From assembly GCA_963822945.1 (NCBI GenBank), contig CAWGJO010000027.1:160001-224000 (forward strand): a DNA stretch of 64,000 nt, in the 5' to 3' direction. The notes beneath the pieces are model-generated. The model did not search any database. It worked only from the letters and a program-made list of their open reading frames with translations, and was not told the origin of the DNA. The DNA comes from an uncultured Gemmatimonadaceae bacterium (GTDB lineage: Bacteria; Gemmatimonadota; Gemmatimonadetes; Gemmatimonadales; Gemmatimonadaceae). Below, in pieces: positions 38,713 to 49,931 of the stretch. The translations under genes were made by a program, and so were the position numbers. Numbering within the stretch: the stretch's first letter is position 1; every line of letters starts with the position of its first letter.

Positions 38713-41451
38713 ATGACAACACCGGTCAGCCAGATCAGTGGTCTCGCCAGTGGAATCCAGTGGCAGGACATGGTCACCCAGCTCGTCTCGCTGCAGTCGC
38801 GGCAGCAGCTCACGCCGCTCACCGACAAGCAGACGGCCGACAAGAGCGAGGAGAGCGCCTGGACCACCTACCAGGGACTGGTCAGCGCGCTCCAGGACGC
38901 CGCCGACCAGATCGCGAACCAGTCCGCGCTCTCGGGTACCACGGCCAGTGCCGGCACCAGCGCCTCCGGGCGCTCGTTGTTCTCGGCCACTACCACGGCC
39001 ACGGCCGCCCCGGGCAGCTACTCGGTGGAAGTCGATTCCCTCGCGGCGGCCGAGAAGCTCTCCGGCAACGTCGTTGCCAGCGCCACCACGGCCCTCGGCC
39101 TTTCCGGCACCTTCTCCGTCAACGGCGCCGGCATCACCGTGGATGCCACCGACACGCTCAGCTCCCTGCGCGACAAGATCAACGCCGCGAACTCGGGGGC
39201 CACGCCCAGCAACGTCACCGCATCCATTCTCACGAGCGCCGACGGGTCGTCACGGCTCACCCTCGCCACCAGCGTCACCGGCGCCGACGGAATCCGCCTG
39301 GAAGACGGCACCTCGGCCACCGGCGGCGTGCTGACCCAACTCGGTTTCAACGACGGCACAACGTCCGTCAACACCATCGCCGACGGCAGTGTGCAGAGCT
39401 ACGGCTTCTCGTCCACCAAGGCCGCCATCGCCAGCATGCTCGGCGTCGCCGTTCCGCCGGGGACATCGATCACCGTGGACGGCAACACGATTCCCATCGA
39501 CCTGTCCGTCGATACGCTTGCCACGATCGCGGCCAAGATCTCGGCCGCCGGTTCCGGCGCCAGCGTCACGACGGCCACGGTCAACGGTGCGCCCACGTAT
39601 CACCTCGACATCGCCGGCTCCGTGGGCGGCGACCAGCGGACGCTCGAGTTGCTGGGCCTCTCGCGCGCCGGCCGGAGCGCGGTGCAGCAGTCCCTGACCA
39701 CCAACAGCGTGCTCACCGACAGCACCACGGGCAGCACGGCCACCTCGTCGTCGCTGCTCACGAACCTCGGCACCGGAGGCGCCTCTGCCAACGTCGCCGT
39801 CGGCGACACGATCACGGTGCAGGGCACGCGCGCCGACGGAACGGCAGCCGTGGCCACGCTCGTCGTGTCCAGTGCGTCCACGGTGCAGGACCTGCAGACC
39901 GCCATCGCCGGTGCCTTCTCCACCGGCGGGCGCCCCGTCAGCGTCGGCTTCAGCGGCGGCCAGTTCCAGCTCACCGACACCGCCGGCGGCAGCTCGCAGT
40001 TGGCGCTGACGCTCTCGTCCGACAACGCCGGCGGCGGCACGCTCTCCTTCGGCGGCACCACCACCACGGCCGTGGGACGGGCGCGCGAACTCGTCGCCGG
40101 CTCCGACGCCACCATCAAGGTGGACGGCACCACGCTGCAACGGTCGAGCAACACCATCTCGGATGCCATCAGCGGCGTGACGCTGAATCTCCAGGCCGCC
40201 GAGATCGGATCGCCGGCGGAGCTCACCGTGGCGCGCGATACGTCCGGCGCCGTCGCCGCCATGCAGAAGTTCGCCAGCGCGTACAATGCCGCCCAGGCCT
40301 TCCTGGGCCAACAGCAGCAGTCCAGCGGCCCGCTTGCGCACGACTCCACCCTGCGTTCCACCCTCAACAGCCTGCGCAACGCCATCATCGGCAACGTTGC
40401 CGGCCTCTCGTCCACGAACGCCTACACCAACGCCTTCCTGGCCGGCGTCTCGCTGGACAAGACCGGCGTGCTGCAGGTTGACACCACGGCGCTGACGAAT
40501 GCGCTCAACACGGATCCCACCGACATCCTGCAGCTCTTCACGACCAGCGCGGTAACCAGCGCCCCGACGCTCGCGGCGCCAGCCTGGACCGACGCCACAC
40601 AGCCGGGCACCTACGAGGTGAAGGTCACGCAGGCCGCCACGACCCCCGGCTTCGCCGGGACCGCGCCGGTGAGCGGCAGCTATACCGCCGCCGGCAGCGG
40701 CGACACGTTCAGCGTGGTCGACAGCACGTCGGGCGCCACCGCGTCGGTGAACCTCGCCACCGGCGACACCGTCGACAGCGTCATTTCCAAACTGAACGCC
40801 GCGTTCCAGAGCGCGCGGGTGAGTGCCGTGGCTGCCAAGGACGTGAGCGGCAACCTCACGATCACAGGGACCGCGTACGGCAGCGCCGCCACCCTCACCG
40901 CAGGCGTGGGCAACCCGACGGCCGCCGCGTGGCTCGGCGTCGCCGACCAGACCTCGGCAGCCGGCACCGACGTCGCCGGTTCGTTCGCGTCCACGGACGC
41001 GCAGGGCAACGTGACCACCTACGCGGCCACCGGCTCCGGCCAGTCGCTCGTCGGCGCCACCGGCACGGCCGTCGATGGACTTCTGGTCAGCTACACCGGC
41101 CCGGCACCGACTGCCGGCCAGACACTGGATGCCGGCTCGGTCTCGTTGTCGCTGGGTGTGGCCGGCATGATGCAGCGCGCCGCGGACGCCATCGCGCGCA
41201 CCGGCGACGGGACCATCGCCATCCACAATGCCTCGCTGGAGCAGCAGATCTCCGACCTGGACACGCAAGTCGCGAATGTTCAGGAGCGGCTGAGCCGATA
41301 CCAGACTTCGCTCACGCAGCAGTTCACCGCCATGGAGACCGCAATGGCTGCCATCCAGGCCCAGAGCAACTGGCTCGCCGGGCAGATCGGCTCGCTGCCC
41401 TCCATGAGCAGCGGCAGTTCCTCCTCGTCGTCATCCTCCAGTACGGGCTGA
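38713..41451 (+). CDS. fliD: Filament cap FliD (large, 912 aa)
   Basis: ISGLASGI..., SSNTISDAISGVTLNL, LTQQFTAMETAM. Confidence 0.92.
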   Translation: MTTPVSQISGLASGIQWQDMVTQLVSLQSRQQLTPLTDKQTADKSEESAWTTYQGLVSALQDAADQIANQSALSGTTASAGTSASGRSLFSATTTATAAPGSYSVEVDSLAAAEKLSGNVVASATTALGLSGTFSVNGAGITVDATDTLSSLRDKINAANSGATPSNVTASILTSADGSSRLTLATSVTGADGIRLEDGTSATGGVLTQLGFNDGTTSVNTIADGSVQSYGFSSTKAAIASMLGVAVPPGTSITVDGNTIPIDLSVDTLATIAAKISAAGSGASVTTATVNGAPTYHLDIAGSVGGDQRTLELLGLSRAGRSAVQQSLTTNSVLTDSTTGSTATSSSLLTNLGTGGASANVAVGDTITVQGTRADGTAAVATLVVSSASTVQDLQTAIAGAFSTGGRPVSVGFSGGQFQLTDTAGGSSQLALTLSSDNAGGGTLSFGGTTTTAVGRARELVAGSDATIKVDGTTLQRSSNTISDAISGVTLNLQAAEIGSPAELTVARDTSGAVAAMQKFASAYNAAQAFLGQQQQSSGPLAHDSTLRSTLNSLRNAIIGNVAGLSSTNAYTNAFLAGVSLDKTGVLQVDTTALTNALNTDPTDILQLFTTSAVTSAPTLAAPAWTDATQPGTYEVKVTQAATTPGFAGTAPVSGSYTAAGSGDTFSVVDSTSGATASVNLATGDTVDSVISKLNAAFQSARVSAVAAKDVSGNLTITGTAYGSAATLTAGVGNPTAAAWLGVADQTSAAGTDVAGSFASTDAQGNVTTYAATGSGQSLVGATGTAVDGLLVSYTGPAPTAGQTLDAGSVSLSLGVAGMMQRAADAIARTGDGTIAIHNASLEQQISDLDTQVANVQERLSRYQTSLTQQFTAMETAMAAIQAQSNWLAGQIGSLPSMSSGSSSSSSSSSTG

Positions 41452-41456
41452 TCATC

Positions 41457-41846
41457 ATGTCCTATACGTCACACGCCGCCCGCTACCGCGAAGTCGCGGT
41501 CTTCTCCGCCTCCCCCAGCCAGCTGGTGGTACTCACCTACGACCACCTGCTCCGGGAACTCCGGCGGGCCGGCACGGCGCTCGAGCAGGGCGACGCGGAA
41601 CTCCGGTGCTCGGCCCTGGACCGGAGCCGCGAAGCGCTGCGCGAACTGTTGACGGCACTCGACGCCGAGCGCGGCGGCAGGCTGGCGGACAATCTCTCGG
41701 CGCTCTACACCTTTGCCCTCGCCGAACTGGTGGGGGTGCGGGACGGCCACGACCTCCCCCGGGTTCGGCGGCTGACCGCCATGTTCCAGGAGTTGCGCGA
41801 CGCGTTTGCCACCGCCGCAGACCAGTGCAAGGCCGGAGCGGCGTGA
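41457..41846 (+). CDS. fliS: Flagellin chaperone FliS
   Basis: ASPSQLVVLTYD; ELLTALDAERGGRLADNLSALYTF; LRDAF. Confidence 0.92.
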   Translation: MSYTSHAARYREVAVFSASPSQLVVLTYDHLLRELRRAGTALEQGDAELRCSALDRSREALRELLTALDAERGGRLADNLSALYTFALAELVGVRDGHDLPRVRRLTAMFQELRDAFATAADQCKAGAA

Positions 41847-42265
41847 TGCCTCGCGGCTCGGCGCCCCGCGCGACTGCGATCCTGGACGGGGGTCCGCTGC
41901 TCGATCGCCTCGCCGCGGTTACGGCCCAGGCACTCGACGCGTGCCGGTCTGAAGACACCGACCGGCTCATGCAGGCCATCGGCGAGCGCGCGAGCGCGGC
42001 GGCCGATCTCGAGCGGTTCTTCGTCGCCGTCCGTCAGGCGCTCACGGCGGGTATGGCCCCGGGCGCCGAAGACCCTGCACTGGCCATCGTGGTCCAACGA
42101 CTGCGCGACGCGGACCGCCAGGGGCGGGAACTCGAAGCGGCCGTGCGGGCCCGGCGCGACGAACTGGCGCGTCGACTCGCCGCGGCCCGGCGCGACCGCA
42201 CCGCCATGCAGAGCTACCTCGGCGCCGAACCGGCCCGCCGGCCTCGACTCGACCGGCGATTCTAG
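41846..42265 (+). CDS. FliT-like chaperone
   Basis: TGATG overlap with fliS; helical 139 aa protein ending SY...LDRRF. Confidence 0.6.
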   Translation: MPRGSAPRATAILDGGPLLDRLAAVTAQALDACRSEDTDRLMQAIGERASAAADLERFFVAVRQALTAGMAPGAEDPALAIVVQRLRDADRQGRELEAAVRARRDELARRLAAARRDRTAMQSYLGAEPARRPRLDRRF

Positions 42266-42287
42266 CCGGATCCGGGGCACCCTCCGC

Positions 42288-42315
42288 TCAAGTTCTGCCG
42301 GCCGGGTGCCGATAC
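42288..42315 (+). promoter_or_regulatory. sigma28 promoter for flgM and the che genes
   Basis: TCAAG-N15-GCCGATAC. Confidence 0.75.
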
Positions 42316-42341
42316 GGACATCCGGAACCTCTGGAGAACCT

Positions 42342-42626
42342 ATGAGAATCAATGCCAACCCCGCGGTCGAGCCGGCGGCCCGCGTCACGCGCGACGTCCC
42401 GGAGCCTGGAATCGGCGCCGACCAGAAGCGTGCCAATGGCGGCACGCCAACCCGTGATTCCGTTCACATCTCGGACGCCGGCCGTGCCAGGGCCGCCGGT
42501 ACGTCGCAGCCGCCCACGCCGGAACGGATCCAACAGATTCGCCAGCGCGTGCTCAACGGCGAATACGACAGTGTCGAGGTGCTCAGCAACACCGCCCGTC
42601 GGATTCTCGGCAGCGGAGACGCCTGA
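42342..42626 (+). CDS. flgM: Anti-sigma28 factor FlgM
   Basis: DSVHIS...ERIQQIRQRVLNGEY...TARRIL. Confidence 0.8.
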   Translation: MRINANPAVEPAARVTRDVPEPGIGADQKRANGGTPTRDSVHISDAGRARAAGTSQPPTPERIQQIRQRVLNGEYDSVEVLSNTARRILGSGDA

Positions 42627-42652
42627 GCGAATACTGCTGGAGATGGTGACAA

Positions 42653-43033
42653 ATGAAATTCCTCGTCGTGGATGATTCCGCGACCATGCGTCGCATCATT
42701 GTCAATTCGCTTCAGCGCATCGGCTACACCGACTGCGTCGAGGCGGCCGACGGCGCCGAGGCGCTCGCCCGATACACCTCGACCATCGGCTTCATCATCA
42801 CCGACTGGAACATGCCAAATATGTCGGGGCTGGACTTCGTGCGCGCACTCCGCGCCCGCGAGGACGGCCAGGCGGTGCCGGTTCTGATGGTCACCACGCG
42901 CAGCGTGCGCGAGGACATCATCGTCGCCGTCGAAGCAGGCGTCAACAACTACATCGTGAAGCCATTCACGCCGCCGGTGCTCAAGGAAAAGATCGACGCC
43001 CTCCTTCCGGGCGCGGCGGCCACCGCCACCTGA
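42653..43033 (+). CDS. cheY: Chemotaxis response regulator CheY
   Basis: LVVDDSATMRRII, TDWNMPNMSG, VLMVT, YIVKPF. Confidence 0.93.
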   Translation: MKFLVVDDSATMRRIIVNSLQRIGYTDCVEAADGAEALARYTSTIGFIITDWNMPNMSGLDFVRALRAREDGQAVPVLMVTTRSVREDIIVAVEAGVNNYIVKPFTPPVLKEKIDALLPGAAATAT

Positions 43034-43036
43034 CCC

Positions 43037-43717
43037 ATGTCGACCAGTCACGCGGAAGATTCGTTCTATACGTCCGAGGCCGCCCTGCGCCTCGTCGACG
43101 CGGCGCTCAGCGAACTCCGCGACGAGGGCGATGAACCCCTGTCCCTTTCCCCGGGCGGCGTCGGGGAGCAGGGCTCCGCGTCGATCGGCCTCGTGGGACT
43201 GTCGCGGATTCTCGTCCGCGCCTACGGCGAGATCACGAGTCTGCTCCACAACCTGCAGGAGAGCCGGGCGATGCTCGAAGACGCCGCCGTGGAGCGGCTC
43301 CAGCACACGCACCACAAGCTGCAGGAGGTCTCCAACGTCACCGAGATCGCGGCCACCGACATCCTGAATCGACTCGAGAAGGCCGTGGGACTCGTTGACG
43401 TGCTCGAAGGCGCCGATCAATCCGACCGCGCCGAGACCGCGAATGCGCTGCGCGACGAATTGTTCGCGACCATGAGCGCCATGCAGTTCCAGGACATCAC
43501 CGCCCAGCAGATCAACTACGCGTCGAGCGTCCTGACGGAGATGGAACAGCGCATGGCGCAGCTCGCGCGGATCTTCGACCCGGCGGCCTTCCAGACCGAG
43601 GCCGGCCGTATCGAACCGTCCGCCGCGGCGTTCGATCCCGACGCGTCGACGTTGAATGCCGACGTGCGTCAGGCGGTCGCCGACGCGATCGTCGAAACCG
43701 CCGGCCGCTCCGCCTGA
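43037..43717 (+). CDS. CheZ-like phosphatase
   Basis: TEIAATDIL...MQFQDITAQQI and C-terminal RQAVADAIV; lies between cheY and cheA. Confidence 0.7.
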   Translation: MSTSHAEDSFYTSEAALRLVDAALSELRDEGDEPLSLSPGGVGEQGSASIGLVGLSRILVRAYGEITSLLHNLQESRAMLEDAAVERLQHTHHKLQEVSNVTEIAATDILNRLEKAVGLVDVLEGADQSDRAETANALRDELFATMSAMQFQDITAQQINYASSVLTEMEQRMAQLARIFDPAAFQTEAGRIEPSAAAFDPDASTLNADVRQAVADAIVETAGRSA

Positions 43718-43765
43718 ACGGCGCGCCGCCATTTCCTCCGCCTCCCATTTCGCTGCACGACTCCC

Positions 43766-45704
43766 ATGGCCTTCTCCATCGACGACCTCATCGCCCTGCT
43801 GATGCAGGCAGAGCCGGGCGACCAGGTCATTCTCGGCGAACTCCGGGCCATGCTCGCCGGCGCTATCGTCGAGCCGAGCCTCTCCGACGACGTTCGCGTG
43901 CTCTTCGTGTCGGCGGCGCAGGCGGCCAGCCGCGGCGCGCTCGCCGATGTCAAGCGCCTGGTGACCGCCGCCGCTGACAAGCTCCAGGCCGCCGCCGAAC
44001 CGCCCGACGCGCCGGCGCCGGCCAACCCCGACTTCGACGCCGCCCTCGTGGCCGACTTCGTGACCGAAGGATGCGAGTACCTCGAAGGCGCCGAGGCCGC
44101 GCTCCTCCACCTGGAGACGAACCCCGGCGATACCGAAGCGATCAACACGGTGTTCCGGGCGTTCCATACCATCAAAGGCACCGCCGGCTTTCTGGGGCTC
44201 GACGCCGTCGCGTCGCTCGCCCACCGGGCCGAGTCGCTGCTCAGCCGTATTCGTGATCGCGAGATCACCTGCGCGGGCCGCTACGCCGAACTCGCGCTGT
44301 GTTCGATCGACGCGCTCAAGGCGCTGCTCGGCGAGGTGGCCGCCCCCCCGCCGGCCGGCGCGACCGCCAACCGATACGCCGAACTCACGCACGCCCTGGA
44401 GCATCTGGACGACGTCCGCGCCCCGGAAGACGCCGGCTCCCCGGACCTCGCGGCGCCGACCCCGACCCCGACGCCGGCGCGAGAGCCAACGGCCGACCAT
44501 CGCGCCGAGCGAACGGAATCCTCCGTGCGCGTCCGCACCGAGCGGCTCGACCAGCTCATCGACATGATCGGCGAGCTCGTCATCGCACACGCGATGATCG
44601 CCGAAGACGAACTGCTCGCCACGACCGCGGTCCACACGCTCGCCCGTAAGGTCACGCACGCCGGCAAGATCGTCCGGGAACTGCAGGACCTGAGCATGGG
44701 AATGCGGATGGTGCCGCTCAAAGGGCCATTCCAGAAGGTCCTGCGGCTGGCCCGCGATCTCGCCCACCGGTCGGCCAAGCAGGTGGACGTCGTGATCGAC
44801 GGTGAGGACACCGAGATCGATCGGAACCTCGTCGACGTCCTCTCGGATCCGCTGGTGCATATGGTGCGCAACGCCATCGATCACGGGCTGGAACCGCCCG
44901 ATGCGCGCGTGGCGGCCGGCAAGCCCGCGGCCGGGAGACTCTCCCTCTCGGCGTACCACGCCGGCGGCAACGTCGTGGTCGAAATTCGGGATGACGGGCG
45001 CGGTCTCGATCGAGATCGGATTCTCGCCAAGGCGGTTGCGGCGGGAATCGTCACGCCCGGTGCCGCCATTTCCGACCGCGAGATCTACGAACTCATCTTC
45101 GCGCCCGGATTCTCCACGGCCGAGGTCGTCACCGACATTTCGGGGCGCGGCGTCGGCATGGACGTCGTACGCCGGAACGTCGAGGCCATGCGTGGCCGTA
45201 TCGAGATCGAGTCGCATCCGGGCGCCGGGACGCGGTTCATCATCCGCCTGCCGCTGACGCTGGCCATTACCGACGGCATGCTCGTACGCGTGGGCGGCGA
45301 ACGCTACATCGTGCCCACCGTGCACATCCAACTGAGCTTCCGCCCCGAAGAGAGTGCGCTGTCGACGATCGCCGGCCGCGGCGAGATCGTGATGCTCCGG
45401 GGCGATGTGCTGCCGCTGGTGCGCCTGCATCGGCTGTTCGGCGTGCCCGACGCCGAGCAGCGATCCCACGCGCGGCCTGTTGATGGTCGTCGGCGACGCC
45501 GGCAGGCGGGTCGCCCTGCTGGTGGACGAGCTGCTGGGACAGCATCAGGTCGTGGCGAAGTCCGTGGGCGACGGCGTGGGCCGTGCGCCCGGTGTGTCGG
45601 GCGGCGCGATTCTCGGCGACGGGCGCGTCGGCCTCATTCTGGATGTGCACGAAATCCTGTCCATTGCCCGCGGCCACGAGAGCCGCGCGCCCCGCGTCGC
45701 CTGA
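43766..45704 (+). CDS. cheA: Chemotaxis kinase CheA (frameshift near 45460)
   Basis: Hpt FRAFHTIKG; SVRVRTERLD; HMVRNAIDHG; GRGVGMDVV; CheW-like domain completed in another frame (SGGAILGDGRVGLILD). Confidence 0.93.
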
Positions 45705-45715
45705 TCGCGAGAGTC

Positions 45716-45742
45716 TCAAGTAATCGGGCGCCGATCCGATCC
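45716..45742 (+). promoter_or_regulatory. Possible internal sigma28 promoter before cheW
   Basis: TCAAG-N14-TCCGATCC. Confidence 0.45.
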
Positions 45743-45798
45743 TGAACTCCAGGCCCGCAGATCGCGGTGCCCACGGAACCTGTTCAGGAGTACGGACC

Positions 45799-46299
45799 AT
45801 GAGCGTCGGCGACGCTACAACGGCCCTGCGTGCGGCCCCCCAGGCCGGCAAATTCCTCACGTTCTACCTTGCCGGCGAGGAATACGGCCTCGAGATCCTC
45901 AAGGTGCACGAGATCATGGGAATGCTGCCCATCACGCGCGTTCCCCGCACCCCGGAGTTCGTGCGCGGCGTGATCAATCTGCGCGGCAAGGTCATTCCCA
46001 TCGTCGACCTCCGCCACAAGTTCCGGATGGCGCACGACGGCGCCGAGGAAACCTGCATCATCGTCGTGCAAGTGCGCGGCGTGCAGATCGGCATCGTCGT
46101 CGATCGCGTGTCGGAAGTACTCGACATCCGCGAGGGAGACATCGAGCCGCCCCCCGAGTTCGGTGTCGACGTCGACACCGGCTTCCTGCTCGGCCTCGCC
46201 AAGGCCGATGGCCGCGTCCGCCTGCTACTCGACATCGACAGCGTGCTGTCCACCGCCGATGTCGCCGAACTCACCCCCGCCGCACACGCCGCCGTGTGA
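45799..46299 (+). CDS. cheW: CheW
   Basis: FLTFYLAGEEYG, ITRVP..PEFVRGVINLRGKVIPIVDL. Confidence 0.95.
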   Translation: MSVGDATTALRAAPQAGKFLTFYLAGEEYGLEILKVHEIMGMLPITRVPRTPEFVRGVINLRGKVIPIVDLRHKFRMAHDGAEETCIIVVQVRGVQIGIVVDRVSEVLDIREGDIEPPPEFGVDVDTGFLLGLAKADGRVRLLLDIDSVLSTADVAELTPAAHAAV

Positions 46300-46393
46300 C
46301 GCTCCGGCGGCACCGATCCAGGTGCCGCCGTTTTACGACCCCCGCCCCCGGGGCGGGACCACTCTCGCAGTGCGCTAATCAACGGAGAAGGCA

Positions 46394-48527
46394 ATGCTGC
46401 AGAATCAGAAGATCGGAACCAAGCTCATCGGCGGATTCCTGGCCATTGCCGCCCTCTGCGTCGTGATCGGCGTGATTGCGAGCATCGCCATGAGCGGCAT
46501 GAAGAACAGCGGCGACGGATTGGCCCACAATCAGATTCCGTCGCTGGAAGCGCTCAACAAGTTCGAGACGGGCATCGTCGAGGTCGCCCGGATCGAGGGT
46601 GCGGTGCTCGCCGCCCGGCAAGTGAACAACGCGCGGGTGCTCGACACCCTCCGGGCCAATTATGCGACCGCGCGGACGGACGAGATCGAGACGGGCCGGA
46701 AGAACTACGCGGCCCTTCCCATGACTGCCGACGAGGACTCCACGTGGAAGGTGGTCCTGGCCAAGTACGCCGCCTTCAAGAGCCATATGGACACGGCGAT
46801 GACGGTACTCAGCACCGCTGATCTGAAGCGCAGTACGGCGGTGTTTCAGGAGGGACGGACCCAGTACCTCGCCATCAAGACCGACCTCGATCGTCTCGAG
46901 GCGCTACAGGACAAGGACGCCAGCCAGAACGTGATCGCCCTGCAGAACGCCAAGAGCAAGGCCGCCGTCGAGATCTGGGTTGGCGTCGCGATCGGCATCC
47001 TACTCGCTATCGGGCTCGGGCTGCTCGTCACACGGGCCATCGTCGCCCCGCTGTCCGTCGTCGCGGAACGCGCCGAGCGCCTGCGCACCGTCTGCGTAAC
47101 CGATCTGAATCGCGGAATCTCCGCGCTCGCCAAGGGCGATCTGTCGGTGACGCCGGTGGCGTCCACGAAACCCATCGAGAGCAAGTCCCGCGACGAGATC
47201 GGCGACATGTCGCGCACCGTCGACGCGATGATCCTCGCCACCCAGGCCTCGATCGCCGCGTTCGCGGAGTCCCAACAGGTCGTCCGGGCACTCGACGCCG
47301 AGACGCGCACGCTCACCCAAGCCGCGAAGAACGGCGCCCTCACCACGCGTGGCAACGCCACGGCCTTCGAGGGCAGCTTCCGCGAGATCGTCGGCGGTAT
47401 CAACGAGACCCTCGACGCCGTGCTGCGCCCGATCGAGGAAGCGGCTACGATTCTCGATCGCGTCGCACAGCGCGATCTGGCGGCCCGCGTGACCGGTGAC
47501 TACTCCGGCGATCACGCGCGCATCAAGCTGGCGCTCAATACGGCGGTCACCAATCTGGACCAGGCCCTCGCCGATGTGTCGGTGGCCAGCGAGCAGGTCG
47601 CGGCGGCCTCCGATCAGATCAGCTCCGGCAGCCAGGCACTGGCCCAGGGCGCCTCGGAGCAGGCCAGCGCCATCGAGGAAGTCTCGTCCAGCCTCCAGGA
47701 AATGGCGTCCATGGCCAAGCAGAGTGCGGCCAACGCCAAGGAGGCACGGGGGCTCTCCGTCGGCGCCCGCGAGGGCACGCAGTCCGGGGTCGAGAGCGTG
47801 AAGCGCCTCGGCAGCGCCATGGACAAGATCAAGGCCTCGTCGGATGCCGACGGCCAAGATCGTCAAGACGATCGACGAGATCGCGTTCCAGACCAACCTG
47901 CTGGCGCTCAACGCGGCAGTCGAAGCGGCCCGCGCCGGCGAGGCGGGCAAGGGGTTCGCGGTGGTCGCCGAAGAAGTCCGCAGCCTCGCCATGCGCATCG
48001 CCGAAGCCGCCAAGAACACCGCCTCGCTCATCGAGGAGTCGGTGCGCAACGCGGAACAGGGAGTGTCGGTGAGCGTGGAGGTCGGCAAGAGCCTCGCCGA
48101 CATCGAACAGCGCGTCACCAAGGTCGCGGAAGTCATGGGCGAGGTCACGGCCGCCAGCGAGCAGCAGACACAGGGCATTGCCCAGATCAACTCGGCCGTG
48201 GATCAGATGAACGGAGTCACGCAGCAGGTCGCGGCGAACTCGGAAGAGGCAGCCTCGTCCTCCGAGGAACTCTCCAGCCAGGCCGAACGGATGCGCGGGT
48301 TGGTGGAACAGTTCAACCTCTCGGCCATCCGTGCGTCGTCCGCCGCCCCCGCGCGCGCGGCCGCCGCACCGGCTCCCGCCAAACGGGAAGGAAAGCGGGC
48401 GGACACGCCCAAGCCAGCCCCGCGCCGCGCCGTCGCGACCGCAGGGGCCCGGTCGAGTCCCGCCGAGGCCGAGGCGCTGCTCCCGATGCACGACGACGGC
48501 GATGATGAAGTCCTCGGCCAGTTCTGA
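46394..48527 (+). CDS. Methyl-accepting chemotaxis protein (frameshift near 47848)
   Basis: Two TM segments flanking a four-helix sensor, HAMP domains, [21 protein letters not shown]. Confidence 0.92.
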
Positions 48528-48542
48528 ACGCCCTACGTGCCA

Positions 48543-48572
48543 TCCGGTCCCCGAAGGCTTTCGGGGACCGGA
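48543..48572. repeat. 13-bp inverted repeat between mcp and cheR
   Basis: TCCGGTCCCCGAA-ggct-TTCGGGGACCGGA. Confidence 0.75.
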
Positions 48573-48576
48573 CGGC

Positions 48577-49405
48577 ATGCCGGCACTGTCCGCCGCCTCG
48601 CTGAGTGCGGCGCAATTCGACACCGTCCGGCAACTCGTCTATCGGGTTGCCGGCATTCACCTGTCCACGGGCAAAGAAGGGTCTGTCCGGTCCCGGCTCA
48701 CCCCTCGACTGCGCGCGCTCGGACTGCGCGACTTCGATTCGTACCTCGCGTACCTGGAGGGGGACGCGTCGGGTGCCGAGCTCGTGCAGCTCGTCGACCT
48801 CATCACCACGAACAAGACGAGTTTCTTCCGGGAGCCGGAGCACTTCGCACTCCTGCAGCGCACCGTCCTGCCCGCGCTCGCCGAGCGCGACGGTCCCATC
48901 CGCATCTGGAGCGCCGGCTGTTCCTCGGGCGAGGAAGCGTACACCATCGCGATCATCGCCCGCGAGGTGATCCCCGCCGGCGCCGACCGCGTGCGCGTAC
49001 TCGCCACCGACATCTCCACCCGTGTGCTCGGCGCGCGCGCGCCGCCATCTATCGCGACCAGCAGCTCAGCGACGCGCCGCCGGCGATCGCTGGGCGGCAT
49101 TTCGTACGCCACACGCCGGTCCGCGACGAATACCGACCGTGACGAGCGATACCCGCCGCCTCGTCCAGTTCGCGCGGCTGAATCTCATGCACGACTGGCC
49201 CATGAGCGGACCGTTCGACGTCATCTTCTGCCGCAACGTCATGATCTACTTCGACCGCCGCGACCCAGCAGCACCTGGTGCGGCAGGTTCGCCGATCCTG
49301 CTCGCTCCGGGGGGCTACCTGTTCGTCGGCCACTCCGAGAGCCTCACCGGCCTCGACCACGGGCTGCAGTACGTGCAACCGGCTGTCTACCGGGAGCCGC
49401 AATGA
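48577..49405 (+). CDS. cheR: CheR methyltransferase (multiple frameshifts 49030-49300)
   Basis: TTNKTSFFRE, IWSAGCSSGEEAY, ATDIS, FDVIFCRNVMIYFD, GHSESL spread over several frames. Confidence 0.88.
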
Positions 49406-49908
49406 CCGCGGCGCCGCTGTACCCAGAGTCGTGGGCGTCGGGGACACTGGTGGTCTCCGCCGATGCCGACGACGGAACTCGTGACGTATGCGCTCGGCAG
49501 TTGCCTCGGCGTTGCCGTTCGGGACGGCGAGGCCGGCGTGGCCGGATTGCTGCACGCGATGCTCCCCGAATCGACCATCAACCCGCAGGACGCGCGGCGG
49601 ACAACCCGCACGCTACATCGACACCGGCGTCCCCGCGCTGTTTCACGCCTGCTACCACTTCGGCGCGCGCAAGGACCGGATGACGGTGACGGTGGCGGGC
49701 GGCGCCTTCGGCGTCGCCGAACCGGACGGCGACCACTTCCAGATCGGCAAGCGCAATCTCGTCGCACTGCGCCAGATTGCTGTGGAAGAACGGCGTCCTC
49801 ATTCGCGCCGAAGAGATCGGCGGCCAACAGACGTCGCGCACGGTGTTCCTGCAGGTCGCCACGGGCCGCGTGCGGGTCCGCGCCAACGGCGCCGAGCATC
49901 CCCTCTGA
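49402..49908 (+). CDS. cheD: CheD deamidase (multiple frameshifts)
   Basis: TYALGSCLGV, GLLHAMLP, RYIDTGV, VAGGA, FQIGKRN, EEIGG..SRTV spread over several frames. Confidence 0.85.
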
Positions 49909-49931
49909 TTCCCATTCGCCCGGAGCTGCGC

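Noticed and set aside
42464..45469. 1001-aa minus-strand ORF (similarly 52029-54656, 39250-41268, 15801-17855, 1532-3115, 375-1391)
   Set aside because: Antisense shadows of real genes in high-GC DNA; no recognisable motifs
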